64,000 nucleotides of DNA from contig JAUCBJ010000700.1 of NCBI GenBank assembly GCA_032718475.1, forward strand, positions 1 to 64,000, written 5' to 3'. The notes beneath the pieces are model-generated. The model did no database searches. It was not told the origin of the DNA and was given only the letters and a program-made list of their open reading frames with translations. Positions 1 through 12,200 of the stretch are shown in pieces. Position 1 is the stretch's first letter; each line of letters starts with the position of its first letter. This stretch comes from Nemertoderma westbladi (Eukaryota > Animalia > Xenacoelomorpha). The position numbers were made by a program, and so were the translations under genes.

Positions 1-1204
1 AGAACTTTTCGTTCATAATTAAATCTGTATATGTAATATTATATACAGGCTGTTCTTTGTAGTAATGTCGTGGTGAATTGACGAGGCAGCGAAAAAAACT
101 ATCATAGTAATTGAAAACATAGCAAGTAATGATAACCATGGACAATATAGTGATGATTAATAAATATTGTCTTTGTGTACGCAGTAAAGATAGTCTTAGT
201 TTGGTCATTGTTTATCACCAACTACAGTATTATCTTAATCGGATAATATTAAATCATATAAACATTGTATTTAAGAAAAAAAATAGTTATTTTAAACAAA
301 GGATAAATTAACTTAATTAAAAATGAAAAATATTATTACTAATATCTACAATTGCATGGGAGGAGTATTAGCCTAGGCCTACAGTACAGTAAACTTAACT
401 GATGATCTGGGTAGTCAGAATAAACTCACATTAACATGGTGATTGATGCCAGAATACATTGTGTTATCTTTTTAGGGTACACCCTTGTAGGTTTAATGTT
501 CTTGTTGCGGTTGGGCAGTTCATAAAGTTACAATTTACATTTACAATTACAAACAATTTTGGCAGCGTTTGACAACTTTCCCGCCTTCTTTACTTTGTGA
601 GCGGCGCCAAATTAGGAAATTCGGTCTAAGAGCATAGATAAAGATAATGAAACCATACATGGCATCATGTTCATAGATTCAAATTCTAATGTTTTAAGTT
701 TTAAAATAATGGGATTATGGAATTTTGCAATATATGTTTATCTTAAAAAAAAAAAAGGGGGGGGGGGGGGGGAGGGGGTGGATTGTCACAGGCGCTAGAA
801 ACACCGAATACCTGACAACTGGAATTTAAACCACAACATAAATGGGGAAACTTCTGTTATCAATGATGGAACCCCGTCACTGTATGCGAAATTTATTATT
901 TTATTTCTAAAGCTTAATTTATGAAATTTTAACATAACGCCAGAAGTGAGGCAAGACTTGGACGAGTAGCAATGATCTGGCAAATTAGAAATATATTTCA
1001 TTAGAATCAGCGCCACAGAAAACCTGGAAATGTGAATTTATATCATATCGTATCGTATAGCATCGTATAAGTGAATTAAATTATAACCCCCCCCCCCCCC
1101 CCCGTTATTTGTACTGTACAACATTTTATAGCCCGGTAGTCTACTAATAGGTTTAAGTATCACAATAATCGCAAGCAAGCTTATTCTATGAAATTATTTA
1201 TTTG

Positions 1205-1277
1205 AATCTGCCGGGGTTCGAACCTATAACCAATAGATTGCAGGCCTGCCGTTCAGACATGCTGCCCCGCCGTCCCC
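1205..1277 (-). repeat. Degenerate tRNA-derived SINE head
   Basis: Minus strand reads GGGGACGGCGGGGCAGCATGTCTGAACG...GGTTCGAACCCCGGC, with a B-box (GGTTCGAACC) at tRNA-like spacing. No intact cloverleaf. Confidence 0.35.
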
Positions 1278-1979
1278 AGTTAAGGTTCAGTTTCGTTACT
1301 CATTTAGTTATTATTTGCTATATACTTTTACTTACTGAACTCCTGGCATATTAGCCACAGATATGCATTTAACAAATAATATTATGCAGTATTATAACCT
1401 GAAATATAATAATTATTAATATAATGATTTTATTAGATTTACAGGGTGTCCCACACAATTTAACAATATTGAACACAATATTTAATATTATATATTCGAT
1501 GATAAAACAATACAATAATTATTCTAAACTATACAGTACTTCAATATATTATATTTGAACCACACAGAAGTTAGTTAGTTTCCATTCTTTGGTTACTAGT
1601 AACTATAATTGTTATGCGACATCAAGCGGTTAATGTAAGAACTATTTAAATGACAAGTTACAGTATAACAACAACTGCTAACTTAAAGAAAAACTTGTTG
1701 GAAACAATCATTTTGTTGCTATGGTAACCCCCTGGCGCAGTTCATAATGAAACAAGGGTTTTCGAAAGGTGGATTAATAATCAATTTTAAGAGTACAATT
1801 TTTAAGTATTTTAAAGCATTTAAAATTTGTTCTTTGTTAAGGAATTACAGTAACTTAAGATTACCATGGGTCTTGAATGATTTAGTTGCAATGGAAACCT
1901 CCTGGTTTTAGTGTCTCCAAACATTTTAAGTTTTCGGTTTCGCTTTTAAATAACTCCGCTACAATATAATAAAATTGAG

Positions 1980-2590
1980 TGGAGGTACCCGTACCACCTA
2001 AAGAATTGCAAAACGTTCTGAAGTAAACGGAAATGTAAGCCATATAAAATTCAAATGATCCATGGTCTAAAACCTACTGCTGACCCCACAAGAGTTGTCA
2101 CCGCTGGATAAATCTCTCAGAATTTGCAGAACAATGACTTACAGCGAGTCTTCATCAGTGAATAAGCCACATTCCACCTAAATGGCCAATGGAACTGCCT
2201 CGTTTGGTGTAAGGAACACCCCCATAAAATAGTGGAGCATTTTGGAGACTCTCCTAAGGTAACTCTGTGGGCTGCAATGTCCGAAAGCTGCTTTATAGGA
2301 GCCTACTGTACTACTGTACTTTAAGGACCCGTCAGAAGTAATAATTATTTGCAGATGTTACAGACGTTTTTTGTGCCTAGCATTGGCGAAAGATTGGAGA
2401 TTGGCGGAGATGTTGTCTTCCAGCAAGACGTTGCTCCTCCAAATTGGGGACTAATTTTGCGGGCGGTCCGATAGCATGATCCCCTAGGTCACCTGACCTA
2501 ACACTCTGTGACTTTTACTTGTGGGGTCATCCAAAGAACATTGTGTACAACCAGCCTCTTGCCAACCTCACCGAACTGCGAAATGCATGA
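1980..2590 (+). pseudogene. Mariner/Tc1-like DDD transposase remnant
   Basis: Fragments read FISE*ATFHLNG (SDEAxF motif), FQQDVAPP (QQDGAP) and *SPRSPDLTLCDFYLWG (WPPRSPDL motif), with stops and frameshifts. Boundaries are approximate. Confidence 0.8.
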
Positions 2591-2738
2591 TATAGATGTT
2601 TCTTTTGCAAAGAAATCCCCCTTGCCAATCTTAAGTTTGTGTATTCCTTAACAAAGTACAAATTTTTAAGTGCTTAAAATTATTAATTATTAATGTACCT
2701 TTCCAAAACCCTTATTTCTTTATGAACTGCGGCAGGGG

Positions 2739-4013
2739 TGTAAAAGCTTCTGTGGGATATAACTGGCCCTTTTGCTTCGCAACCCAGTTTCCCCCCAGGC
2801 GCTGGAATACTCTAAAAAGGTTCTCTAACTGTATATATATTCCCCTCGCCCGCAAGGTACCGTTACAGGTGTTTTAACGGACATAAAAGTTATTCTGCTA
2901 TATACGTGTTTTAGCGGACATGGTAAGGCAAAAAACCTGCAATGCGACAAATACCTTTCATAGCTTAGCCGTGATGATTCATATTACGACATCTAACAGC
3001 TGGTTGCTGACATGGAAACAGCCATTGGACGCATGGTTCTTTGTTTGGCTTGAACCAATCAGAGCGATTTTTCCTGTCGACGTGTAGCTTTTCGGTCGAT
3101 CATAAGGAGTGTGTTCAGTCTTACTGTTTTTTGGTGATACTCTGTTGTTATTGCTGTCTAGGCCAGGAACAACGGCTCTAGAGTCAATGCGTTTCATACT
3201 TTTAGAAGAAACATTAGTAGGCTTAAATTATAGAGCGTATGACTGTTATCAAATCTTATCAATTCAATGCAATTCTTAACAAACCATTCATAATTCAATA
3301 CTTTGTTGTTATTACTGTTCAACATACATTATTATACTGCTATTTACTGTTGTGTTCGGTTGAATATTATTTGGAGAACATATATAAAGAACCCAAATTT
3401 CCCAATTTTCTTGATACACTACAGGTTAGAGAGACGGGTTATATATAGCGATTGCGACTTATATTGTTGTGGTTTGTAGTGAATTTAATGCTATTTGATA
3501 AGCACTACATTGGTCCGTTGCTGTTCTCTTTATATATGATAAAATTCATTGACGATCGGCAAATTAGCGTGCAGTATTGTGTGTTACCGGTAGTGTGCAT
3601 GATTGTGATTGATAACTAAGCATTTCCTAAAGAATGCGCCTCATACGTGAATCTTAAGCCTTACCGACTTACCGTTGTGATTAGTATAAGTCATATCTCT
3701 GTTTACTTAGATAGAGCGCCACGTCCTAACTGTTAATATTTCCCGAAAGTAAATAATATTAGTCAGAAATTAATTATTAACGATCAATCGAATAATACAA
3801 TACAGTAAGCTTCACTGCAATAATAATCTAAGCCCTCAGAATCCAGTCTTCCGGGATTATCCAGCGGGTGAATGGACGCGCACTAGGCTGGCTTCTGCTA
3901 ATGTTGTGTTTATTGGTATTAAATATTTGTCATCTTCTAAAGTATATTTATAAACCAAAAGACATATAAATTTTGGCAGGTTAAACTGCTAAAGGTCTTC
4001 AAAAGCGCGTACA
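2739..4013 (+). repeat. 5' LTR of element A (1275 bp)
   Basis: Direct repeat of 22167-23446. By eye the copies differ by one 5-bp indel and two substitutions. A CCAAT box at ~3053 is conserved in the B LTR. Confidence 0.97.
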
Positions 4014-4024
4014 ATAACAGTCAT
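4014..4024 (+). promoter_or_regulatory. Non-tRNA primer-binding site (putative self-priming PBS) of element A
   Basis: ATAACAGTCAT directly follows the LTR and has no TGG start. It is the exact reverse complement of ATGACTGTTAT at 3239-3249 in the LTR. Confidence 0.75.
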
Positions 4025-4079
4025 TGACTTTATTGCAGTAAGCAATAAAGTTGAAAGTACCGGTCAACCGGTAAACCTG

Positions 4080-4206
4080 AACCGGTACTTCTGTAGGTCA
4101 GTAGGCCCAACTGCCAGAACCGGTACTGCTGTGGGTCCGTAGGTCCAACTGTCAGAACCGGTACTTCTGTAGGTCTGTAGGCCCAACTGTACTAACCGGT
4201 ACTTCC
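4080..4206 (+). repeat. 38-bp tandem repeat (~3.3 copies) in the leader of A
   Basis: AACCGGTACT(T/G)CTGT.GGTC.GTAGG.CCAACTG units start at 4080, 4118, 4156 and 4194. Confidence 0.85.
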
Positions 4207-4374
4207 AGTATAAGTACATTAGTATTATTCGATTTTGATTATTGCATACCGGTAGGCTGTTTAAGAGATTAGGGACTGTACACCCCTTGTTTCTTTTGGA
4301 GCTTACTTATTTCTGTCAGTTTTATTTACATGTAAGTTAATATTGAGCTGAAGACGTGTAAGTCTGCTCAGATT

Positions 4375-4965
4375 GTTCAGATAATTGTAGGCCGGACTGT
4401 TGTCAGATCGGCCATATCTACTGTTGGGTTTGGAGAGATTACGGCGTGTGTGGAGTTTGTCCGATAGAGTGCCAGTTAGTAAGTTGGGGCAGCCATTGCT
4501 GTAAGGTCAATCCCCTCTTAAAGAATAAGTCGTACTACCGTGTTAGAATGCATACTAACTAACAATTTTGGAATCTGCACATACTGTAGTTTATTTAGGC
4601 TTGACAGTATTCTGCCAGCGTTTTGGCTTGTGTTTGTTTGTGTGGTCTGTTCAGATACTGTAATAGTTATTACTCAGATATTTTGTAGGCTGGATTGTTG
4701 TCTAGCTATTATTAGGTCTGAAGAGATTGCTGCTTGTGTAGAGTTTGTCTGATAAAGTGCCAGTTAGTAAGTTGGGGCAGTCATAACTGTAAGGTCAATC
4801 CCCTCTTAAAGAATAAGTCGTACTACCGTGTTAGAACGCATACTAACTAACCGTTTTGGAATCTGCACATACAGTAGTTTATTTAGGCTTGGTGGTAGTC
4901 TGCCAGCGTTTTGGTTTGTATTAGTTTGAGTATTCTGTACGGGTAGCGTAATATTTATTATTCAG
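4375..4965 (+). repeat. ~288-bp tandem duplication in the leader of A
   Basis: GTAAGGTCAATCCCCTCTTAAAGAATAAGTCG at 4501 and 4789. A homologous ~290-bp repeat occurs about 3 times in B. Confidence 0.85.
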
Positions 4966-6263
4966 AGTTTATGCGATTATTCGCAACATTCATGTCCCCA
5001 AGTTTATTCCTACAGTAATTGTGTTTGTTACACATACCGTTATAGTTAAATTAACCCCGGTACTACACGGGCTGCTTGGCGTAGGACAAGACTGGTGACT
5101 TTGTGCTCTGGTCACTCCAGCAGATGCCGTGGTTCTTTTAACTGTTCAAGTATATTTAACTATTGATTATTGTTGTACCAGTGCTTGTACCTAATTTAGG
5201 GTTTAGTGTACAGTGCTTTCCGAAGTAATTAGTGTGTAGGCAGTATATTTGTGTTGTAAAGTGGTTAATAGGCACGCTGGATCTGGTAGTCCGCGGTAAT
5301 TAACTTCTAGGTAGGAACACTCCGTGATACATAACGTAGTACCTATAGCGATACGGTTATAGGTCGTCAGGCGGTGGTATTTTCGTATCTGGACAACGCA
5401 GTGTATTTACTACTACTTATTATTTTCAAATACCGTAGTACCCTGTCCGTTGTAATAACCAGAATTCTAACCCTTTGTTAGACTGGTTTGTAGACTTCCT
5501 GTAAAATTACCCTAAAAATTTCGTACGTAATATTTTTGTTGTGTTTAATTAGAGATTTAATCTCATCCGTATCGTAAGTAATTTGTAGTATTAAGTAACT
5601 TAGGTAAATTAGAATAATCTGTTTTAGTGTCCCATAAGTAGCACTCCACTGAGAGCGCACAGCTTCTGTGTAGTGACTTCCCCCAGAAATAATAACATTT
5701 ATTTCAAATATTGACAAAAAAAAACCCATTTTAAACGGGTATATATCTATTATAAATCAACTCAAACGATTTATAAATAGTAGGCCTGCCATACAACAAC
5801 TAGGTCTCAATATCAGTTGGACTACTGCTTAAATAACGGTAATAAAGTAAGTTAAAGTAACCAAGTAACCCTAAAATATTCAGAAATTCAATTATTCTAA
5901 AATAATTGACATACTGGTATTTACCATAGGCTTATTATATTTATTTCTATAAATTTGAGCTGAAATCATACCGGTATTCTGTAATTAATTCTAGTTCATA
6001 ATTATACTTATATATACTATAAGTGTAAGCTGTATACCGGTATTCACAATAGGCCTATTATATATTTATATATATTTGTGCTAAAATTATATACCGGTAC
6101 TCTGTGACAAAACTAGTTTAAAATACTTATATATATTATAAGTGCATACCGGTATTCTAATATACTGCAATAAATTACCGGTACTAGGCCAACGGTCATA
6201 CTGAATTACTAGACTTGCTTTAACTGTAACTATAGCAGTAAGTATTCAACTGTATAGCTAAAC

Positions 6264-9200
6264 ATGTCTGACACTCAGCAAAACCTGTCAGACAGTCTAA
6301 TCGATACAACCATCTGTGACACAGATAGGAGTGTGGAGCGATTAAGAAAGGAGTTCAGCTCACCTCCTACTGAAAGAAAGGTCATCCCTCCAGTAGTAGT
6401 ATCAGACCCTAAGTTAATCCAACACCGTAGGTCTATCATCGGCACTCGGGCCCAAGTCAAACGGAACCAGGAAGCAGCTGCCCTACAGCAGCAACAGCCT
6501 AGTCAAGAAACTTGTTCCCAGCGATCAGATAGCTCCAGTAGTTCGGATACTGTCGAACTGACCCCCGAACGCAGATTGCAGATGACGGCAAAAGCCTACT
6601 CGGACCCCCTTCTCACCCTTCCTGCCGCAGTGCTAACAACTATATTGATTGCTGTGGAGGAACATCAAGCAGATTGGGCGAGAAATAAGCGAGCGACCCA
6701 AGATGATTATGCGGGATACGCCAAGGAAGAATTGATGTATATTGTCGAGTCACAATGGAACTTTCCCAGACCCGGACTCCCGTTAGATCTGTCCGAGGCT
6801 ACTTGGGAAGATATACACAGGATGGGAGTGGCTAAAGATACGATGGATCCAGCTGTTTGAAAGAGGTCGGCAGCAGGATATGTGCAGGGATTCTTCGGCT
6901 CCTTAGAGAGATTAGAAGAACAACTGTTTCGACAACCCCAAGGACCTCAAGAGCAGGAAGAACTGCTATATCAAGTACGCGAAAGAACCCTACGCATTCG
7001 ACTAATCCTATCAGCTTTTGAGGAAACTTCCAAAAGGAGACAGGACACGTCACTGCAGGTTGCTGTCAAAACTTGGTTCCAGCGGGTAGGTCTCCAAATC
7101 CAAGAAACAGACCAGTGGAAATCCCAGCTGTCTGAGAGACTAACTTATGAAGAACCAACAGATGCCACCCTTTCTCAAGTGGAAGGCGAAGAGACCTCAG
7201 AGAAACCACGAACGAGAGACGCCATAGACATTTATCTGTCCGACTATCAGCGATTCCTAGGAGACGAAGAGTTGAGGAGACGGCTGTCTGGACTTTCCCC
7301 TAATAGTGAAGGAACCCAGCGTGTGTTAGATTCAATCGATGCTGAAATGTTAGCTGCTAACCAAGCAGAATTTGATGAAAAACTCCGCCTCGCTAGAGTC
7401 CAAGAAGAAAAGGTAAAGAAAAGACGGATAGAGGAACAAAAGGCGGCGGCTACGGCAGAAGCAGAAGCAGAAAGAAAAGCAGCGGCGGCAGAAGTAGAAG
7501 CAGAAAGAAAGGCAGCGGCGGCAGAAGTAGAAGCAGAAAGAATAGCAGCAAGGGCAGCAGCGGCAGAAGCAGAAGCAAAAAGAAAGGCAGCGGCGGCAGA
7601 AGCAAAGGCGGAAAGGGCAGTGGCAGAAGCAGAACGGAGAGCGTCTGAGCAGACTACCCAACTGGAGTTGGAAAATCTGCAAGAGACGCAAGACAATATA
7701 AATAAACAGTTAACTGCTAGTCACATGCAGATGATGAGAAAATCTACTCCCAAACGCCAGGGATACACATCATCGGAAGAAAGTGATACCACCGATCCTG
7801 AAGGCGGAGGAAATAGATCTCGTCTAAGCAGGCGTAGAAAAACATCTCATCGTCACAAATTGCCTGATTTGCCCCCAGCTGTTAAAAGACAGCTAGCTAG
7901 CACAGACTTAGGTAGTACGGAACCCATAGACCAAACTGTTCAGGTCAAAAGACTCCCTACAATAGTTGATGAACCTGAAATAATTAGGCCTGTCGTTCCC
8001 AAAGTCACTTCTGTGTTAGAGACCCCTGTACTTCCAGAGCTTCACTCTAAATTCCCTTTACACAGTACTACACTGCCTGTACCCGGTAGAACAGTCCATG
8101 AGAATATCCATGTCCTGGAAGCTGAGAGAGAAATCAAAGATTTGTCTCCCGTCGTCCCACGTCAGCCCGCTACAATGTTGGCGACTCCCGCTTCGGCGGT
8201 CGAGTGGGTAGAGGAGGGACGGCGGGGGATGAATCTCCTGCTCGGACAGATGCAGGAGACTGTCCACCAGCTTAAGGGAACAGTAAGGGAAAGTAGGGCC
8301 GAATTGCAAGAAGTGCAGCAAAGTATCGCGCTAGAACGCGACAAATTAGTCAATATACAAAAGGGCATACCAATACCCCCTGTAACATTGTGTCAACCTG
8401 TTAGGTCTGAAGTATTACATGCGCAAGGTGTGGAGCCTACACGCATCTATACTGCTAGTGAAGTTGAAACTCCTATAGCAAACCCTATTAAGGGTAATTA
8501 TAGACCTGTTATTAATGATATTCCCTATAGACCTGATAATGATCCGAGAAATTTATATACCGATAATTCGATATTAAATAACACGATGGCCCAAGAAAGC
8601 TTTACGCGGCAGATGGCTAGAACAGAAGCCCGCCAAGCGGTCAAAGTGGGAGAGATCGTCAAATTCAATGGAGATGAGATGAAATGGTTACCTTTCAATG
8701 AATATTACAAAGACAGTATACAGAACTCTGTACTATCTAATGGAGAGAAACTTAGGTTCCTCATCAAGTGCTTGGAAGGACCTCCCAAGTTAATGGCGTT
8801 AAAGTTTATTGGACATCCAGAAGGATTAAGACAAGTATGGGATACATTAAACATCAGGTATGGTAACAAGGATAACATAGCTAAGTATTTGTATGCAAAA
8901 TTAGTAGCCCCCCGACACTTCCTTAGTAGCGGGATTATAGAGTTTTCCGATGAAATTCAGGAGATCTGTAGACAATTGGACTGGTTAGGTAAGTCTCATG
9001 AATATCAGAGTTCAATGGTTATTGGAGCCGTAGTCTCTACTTTACCAAAGGGTGGAGTATGTACCCGCTGGGACAAGAAAGTGTTGTACATGAATGAACA
9101 ACAACGACGAAGTCCTACCATGGCTGATCTCATGTCCTTCTTAGATGGTGAGGTAAAACTACAACTCATCAAGCAGTCCAGAGAGAAAACATCGGAAAAT

Positions 9201-12200
9201 AAGGTAAGTGAGAAACCCGCTTCTTGGAGAAGAATAACACCGGTGTGTTACACTGACGACGGCGAAAGCCAAGTTTCTCAAGAAGAGGACAGCGGGAAAG
9301 ATACTGAGCGATCTTACTACGTTGACAAAACCTCAAAAGATGTAAGTAAATACAAGGCTCGAAACAACGATAGGAGAGAACAGGTTGCCAAGACCCCCCC
9401 TCAGTCTCCTAACAGAATGCACCGAAGAAAACCCGAAGAAAAAACGAGAGTGCATCAAGTTACCCAAGGTAAGGTGAGTAACATAAAACCTAACTGTGCG
9501 CTGTGCGACGGGACCCACCGTTTGAGTGCGTGTGTTGAATTTCTAAAGAAATCCCTTGTAGACAGACGTGCAGTTGTGTGGGACAAGCGGTTATGCTATA
9601 ATTGCCTCAGACCAGGACACCAACGGCGAACCTGTTACTCCGACATAAAGTGTGCAAAGTGTGGAGCGAAACATCACATCTTGTTACACAGTGAGTTCGA
9701 ACGAGACAAACAGAGTCAGGTAAGTGAGCCCGAACTACATGTCCAATTCAGTGATGTAAACGACACTGATCAGGAGTCTGAGATGGAAGGATTCTATACT
9801 GACGAATTCTCCGACGCCAACGAATCCTGTTATCTAATCAATACCGCAGTGTATCGAGCACTTACTTATGAAAAGGACACCAACAGTGAGTTTCCTCCAA
9901 CTACTTTTGCCAAACAACCATCTTGGAAAGCTCCAACTTCCAACGTAGGAATCAGAGAATTTCCTGTAGTGCAGGTAAGAGTTCACGGTCTTAACAAAAG
10001 TTACATAGTGAACGCCCTCCTTGACTCCGGCAGCACAGGAACATTCATCGATCAAGAATTAGCCGAAGATATCTTTGCTGGACAACCCAAGTTCCGGACT
10101 AAATTAAATATGTCAGGAATTATGCAGGTTTGGAAATCTACCTTAACGGCAGATTACTATGTAGGTGTGTTGTCCACCCCCCAGGATAAGTTAGGAGCAC
10201 AAGGTATAAGGTCGGTAAAAATGGTGGCTATAAAGAACTTCGCTACTACTCAAGCAGACCTTTATAATTGGGATGAGGATGAGAGCATCCAACATCTTGA
10301 GATACCTCGATTCCAGACAGATTATCCTGGAGTGCAAATCCTCATCGGCCAAAACGCGCACGAGGCGCTCGAAACATTAGAGAAACGGCCTGCTCAACCG
10401 CAGCCACTGCAAACCTATGCGGTAAGAACTAGAGTAGGTTGGTACTTTACTGGCCCTTCCCGCCGGACTCTCGAAGAGAGAATGCCACAAGAACAAACAT
10501 ACCAAGTACACGATTGGGAAGTGGAGAGCAGTGAGGTGGACGAACTAACTGAGGGAACACCATACTCCTCAGATAATGACGACATCTACCAACTCTTCGA
10601 TGAAGAGAACACAATCGACCTACTTACAGAAAACCAAACTTGGAAAAGTCAGGTGAACCTTTGTCAACTGATTCACCCATCGGAACCCATCGCTTACAAT
10701 GACGAACTAAACGATGAGATAGAGCGCTACAACGCTAGAACTCGGGACGAACTAGCTGTACGATTCTTTACTCAGGAACTGGTAGAGCCCAATTCATATG
10801 ATAAGGCTCTATCGATAGAAGAAGAAAGAGCCAAGCAAATCCAGGAAACAACTACACGTTTTTTCAAGGACCAAGGTAGGTATGAAATCGGCCTACCATT
10901 TCGAAAACGAGAACCTAGATTTATAAATAACAGACCCTTGGCAGAGAAAAGAATCGCTCAATTATATCGACGCCTTACAGCTAACGCTTCAGCGAAAGAA
11001 ATGTACCAAACTCAGCTGAAGAAATTTATAACAAAGGGATACGCGGAGCGAGTACCGGAAGGAACACCAGTGACTGAGAGAACGTATTATTTAACACATC
11101 ATTACGTTCCCAAACCCGGTAAACCCCATGAAGTACGAGTCGTATTTGATGGCTCTGCTCTATATATGGGCCAATCCCTCAATTCCGAGTTGTTACCAGG
11201 ACCCAACTTACTCCAATCTTTGTTGGGAATACTATTAAGATTAAGACAATATTCCATCGCGTTCGCCTCTGATATCGAAGGAATGTTCTTACAAGTCAAG
11301 GCGCTGGATAGAGATAGAGACAGCCTGAGATTTCTGTGGTGGCCTGAAGGAGACCTCAACCAGAAACCGGTAGAGTACTGGATGACCATCCAGGCTTTTG
11401 GGATCATATCAAGCCCTTCCAACGCCTGCTCCGTGGTGCGAACCACTGCGAATGACAACCGAGACTCCTTCTCCAAAGAAGTGATAGACAACATAAAACG
11501 CAATATATACATGGACGACAATTTAAGGTCCCTTCCATCAGTAGAAGAAGCCATAGCTGTCGCGAAAGGAACGGTAGAGTGTTTGAAAAGAGGTGGATTT
11601 CGACTGACGAAATTCACTAGCAACTCCCGTGAGTTTCTGGAAGCCATACCGGTAGAAGATCGCGGAGCGAAAGACCTAGACTTAATAAAGGACGATCTTC
11701 CTGAAACCAAGACGCTAGGCTTGAAGTGGGACACTGAAAGAGACATCCTGTTTTTTCAGTTAAAACAGCGAGATAATCCAGTTCGGACCAAACGGATTTG
11801 TTTAAGTATCCTGAGCACTTATTTCGACCCATTGGGATTTATTAGCCCAGTTATATTGATTGCTCGGAGTTTAGTACAACAAATGTGGCTTGAAAACCAC
11901 TCATGGGACGATCCGCTTAAAGGGGAATTGTTAAAGAAATGGATGAAATGGGAAGATTCTCTACCTGCCATCGAGAACTTTATAATTTCCCGTGCATATT
12001 TTGGCCATGTTCTTCCTACGTATTCTTATCAACTCCATGTGTTTGGAGACGCCAGCGACATGGGAATAGGTATAGTAGCATATCTGCGAGTCGAAACTCC
12101 GGATGGAATCAAGGTCGCCTTGGTTACCTCTAAGGCATTGATTAACAACAAGTTAAAGGTTCCTCGAGCGGAGTTAAAGCTGGCTTTATACGCTACAGCC

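Noticed and set aside
398-430. CTGATGA-TCTG-GGTAGT-CAGA, resembling a hammerhead core plus stem II
   Set aside because: It is followed by ATAAAC instead of GAAAC, and no stem I or III can be formed.
757-1103. Poly-G and poly-C tracts (also 23716-23731, 23960-23974, 39615-39667)
   Set aside because: Such tracts are common in small non-autonomous repeats. Termini and a TSD could be defined only for 38789-39706, and the Pro/Gly-rich ORFs they create are artefacts.
2979-3448. Small ORFs duplicated at 22407-22876
   Set aside because: The duplication is simply the LTR, and the frames are not conserved in the B LTR.
7247-7696. Antisense Ala/Ser- and Cys/Phe-rich ORFs (also 51544-51987)
   Set aside because: They are shadow frames of the low-complexity AEAERKAAA repeat in Gag.
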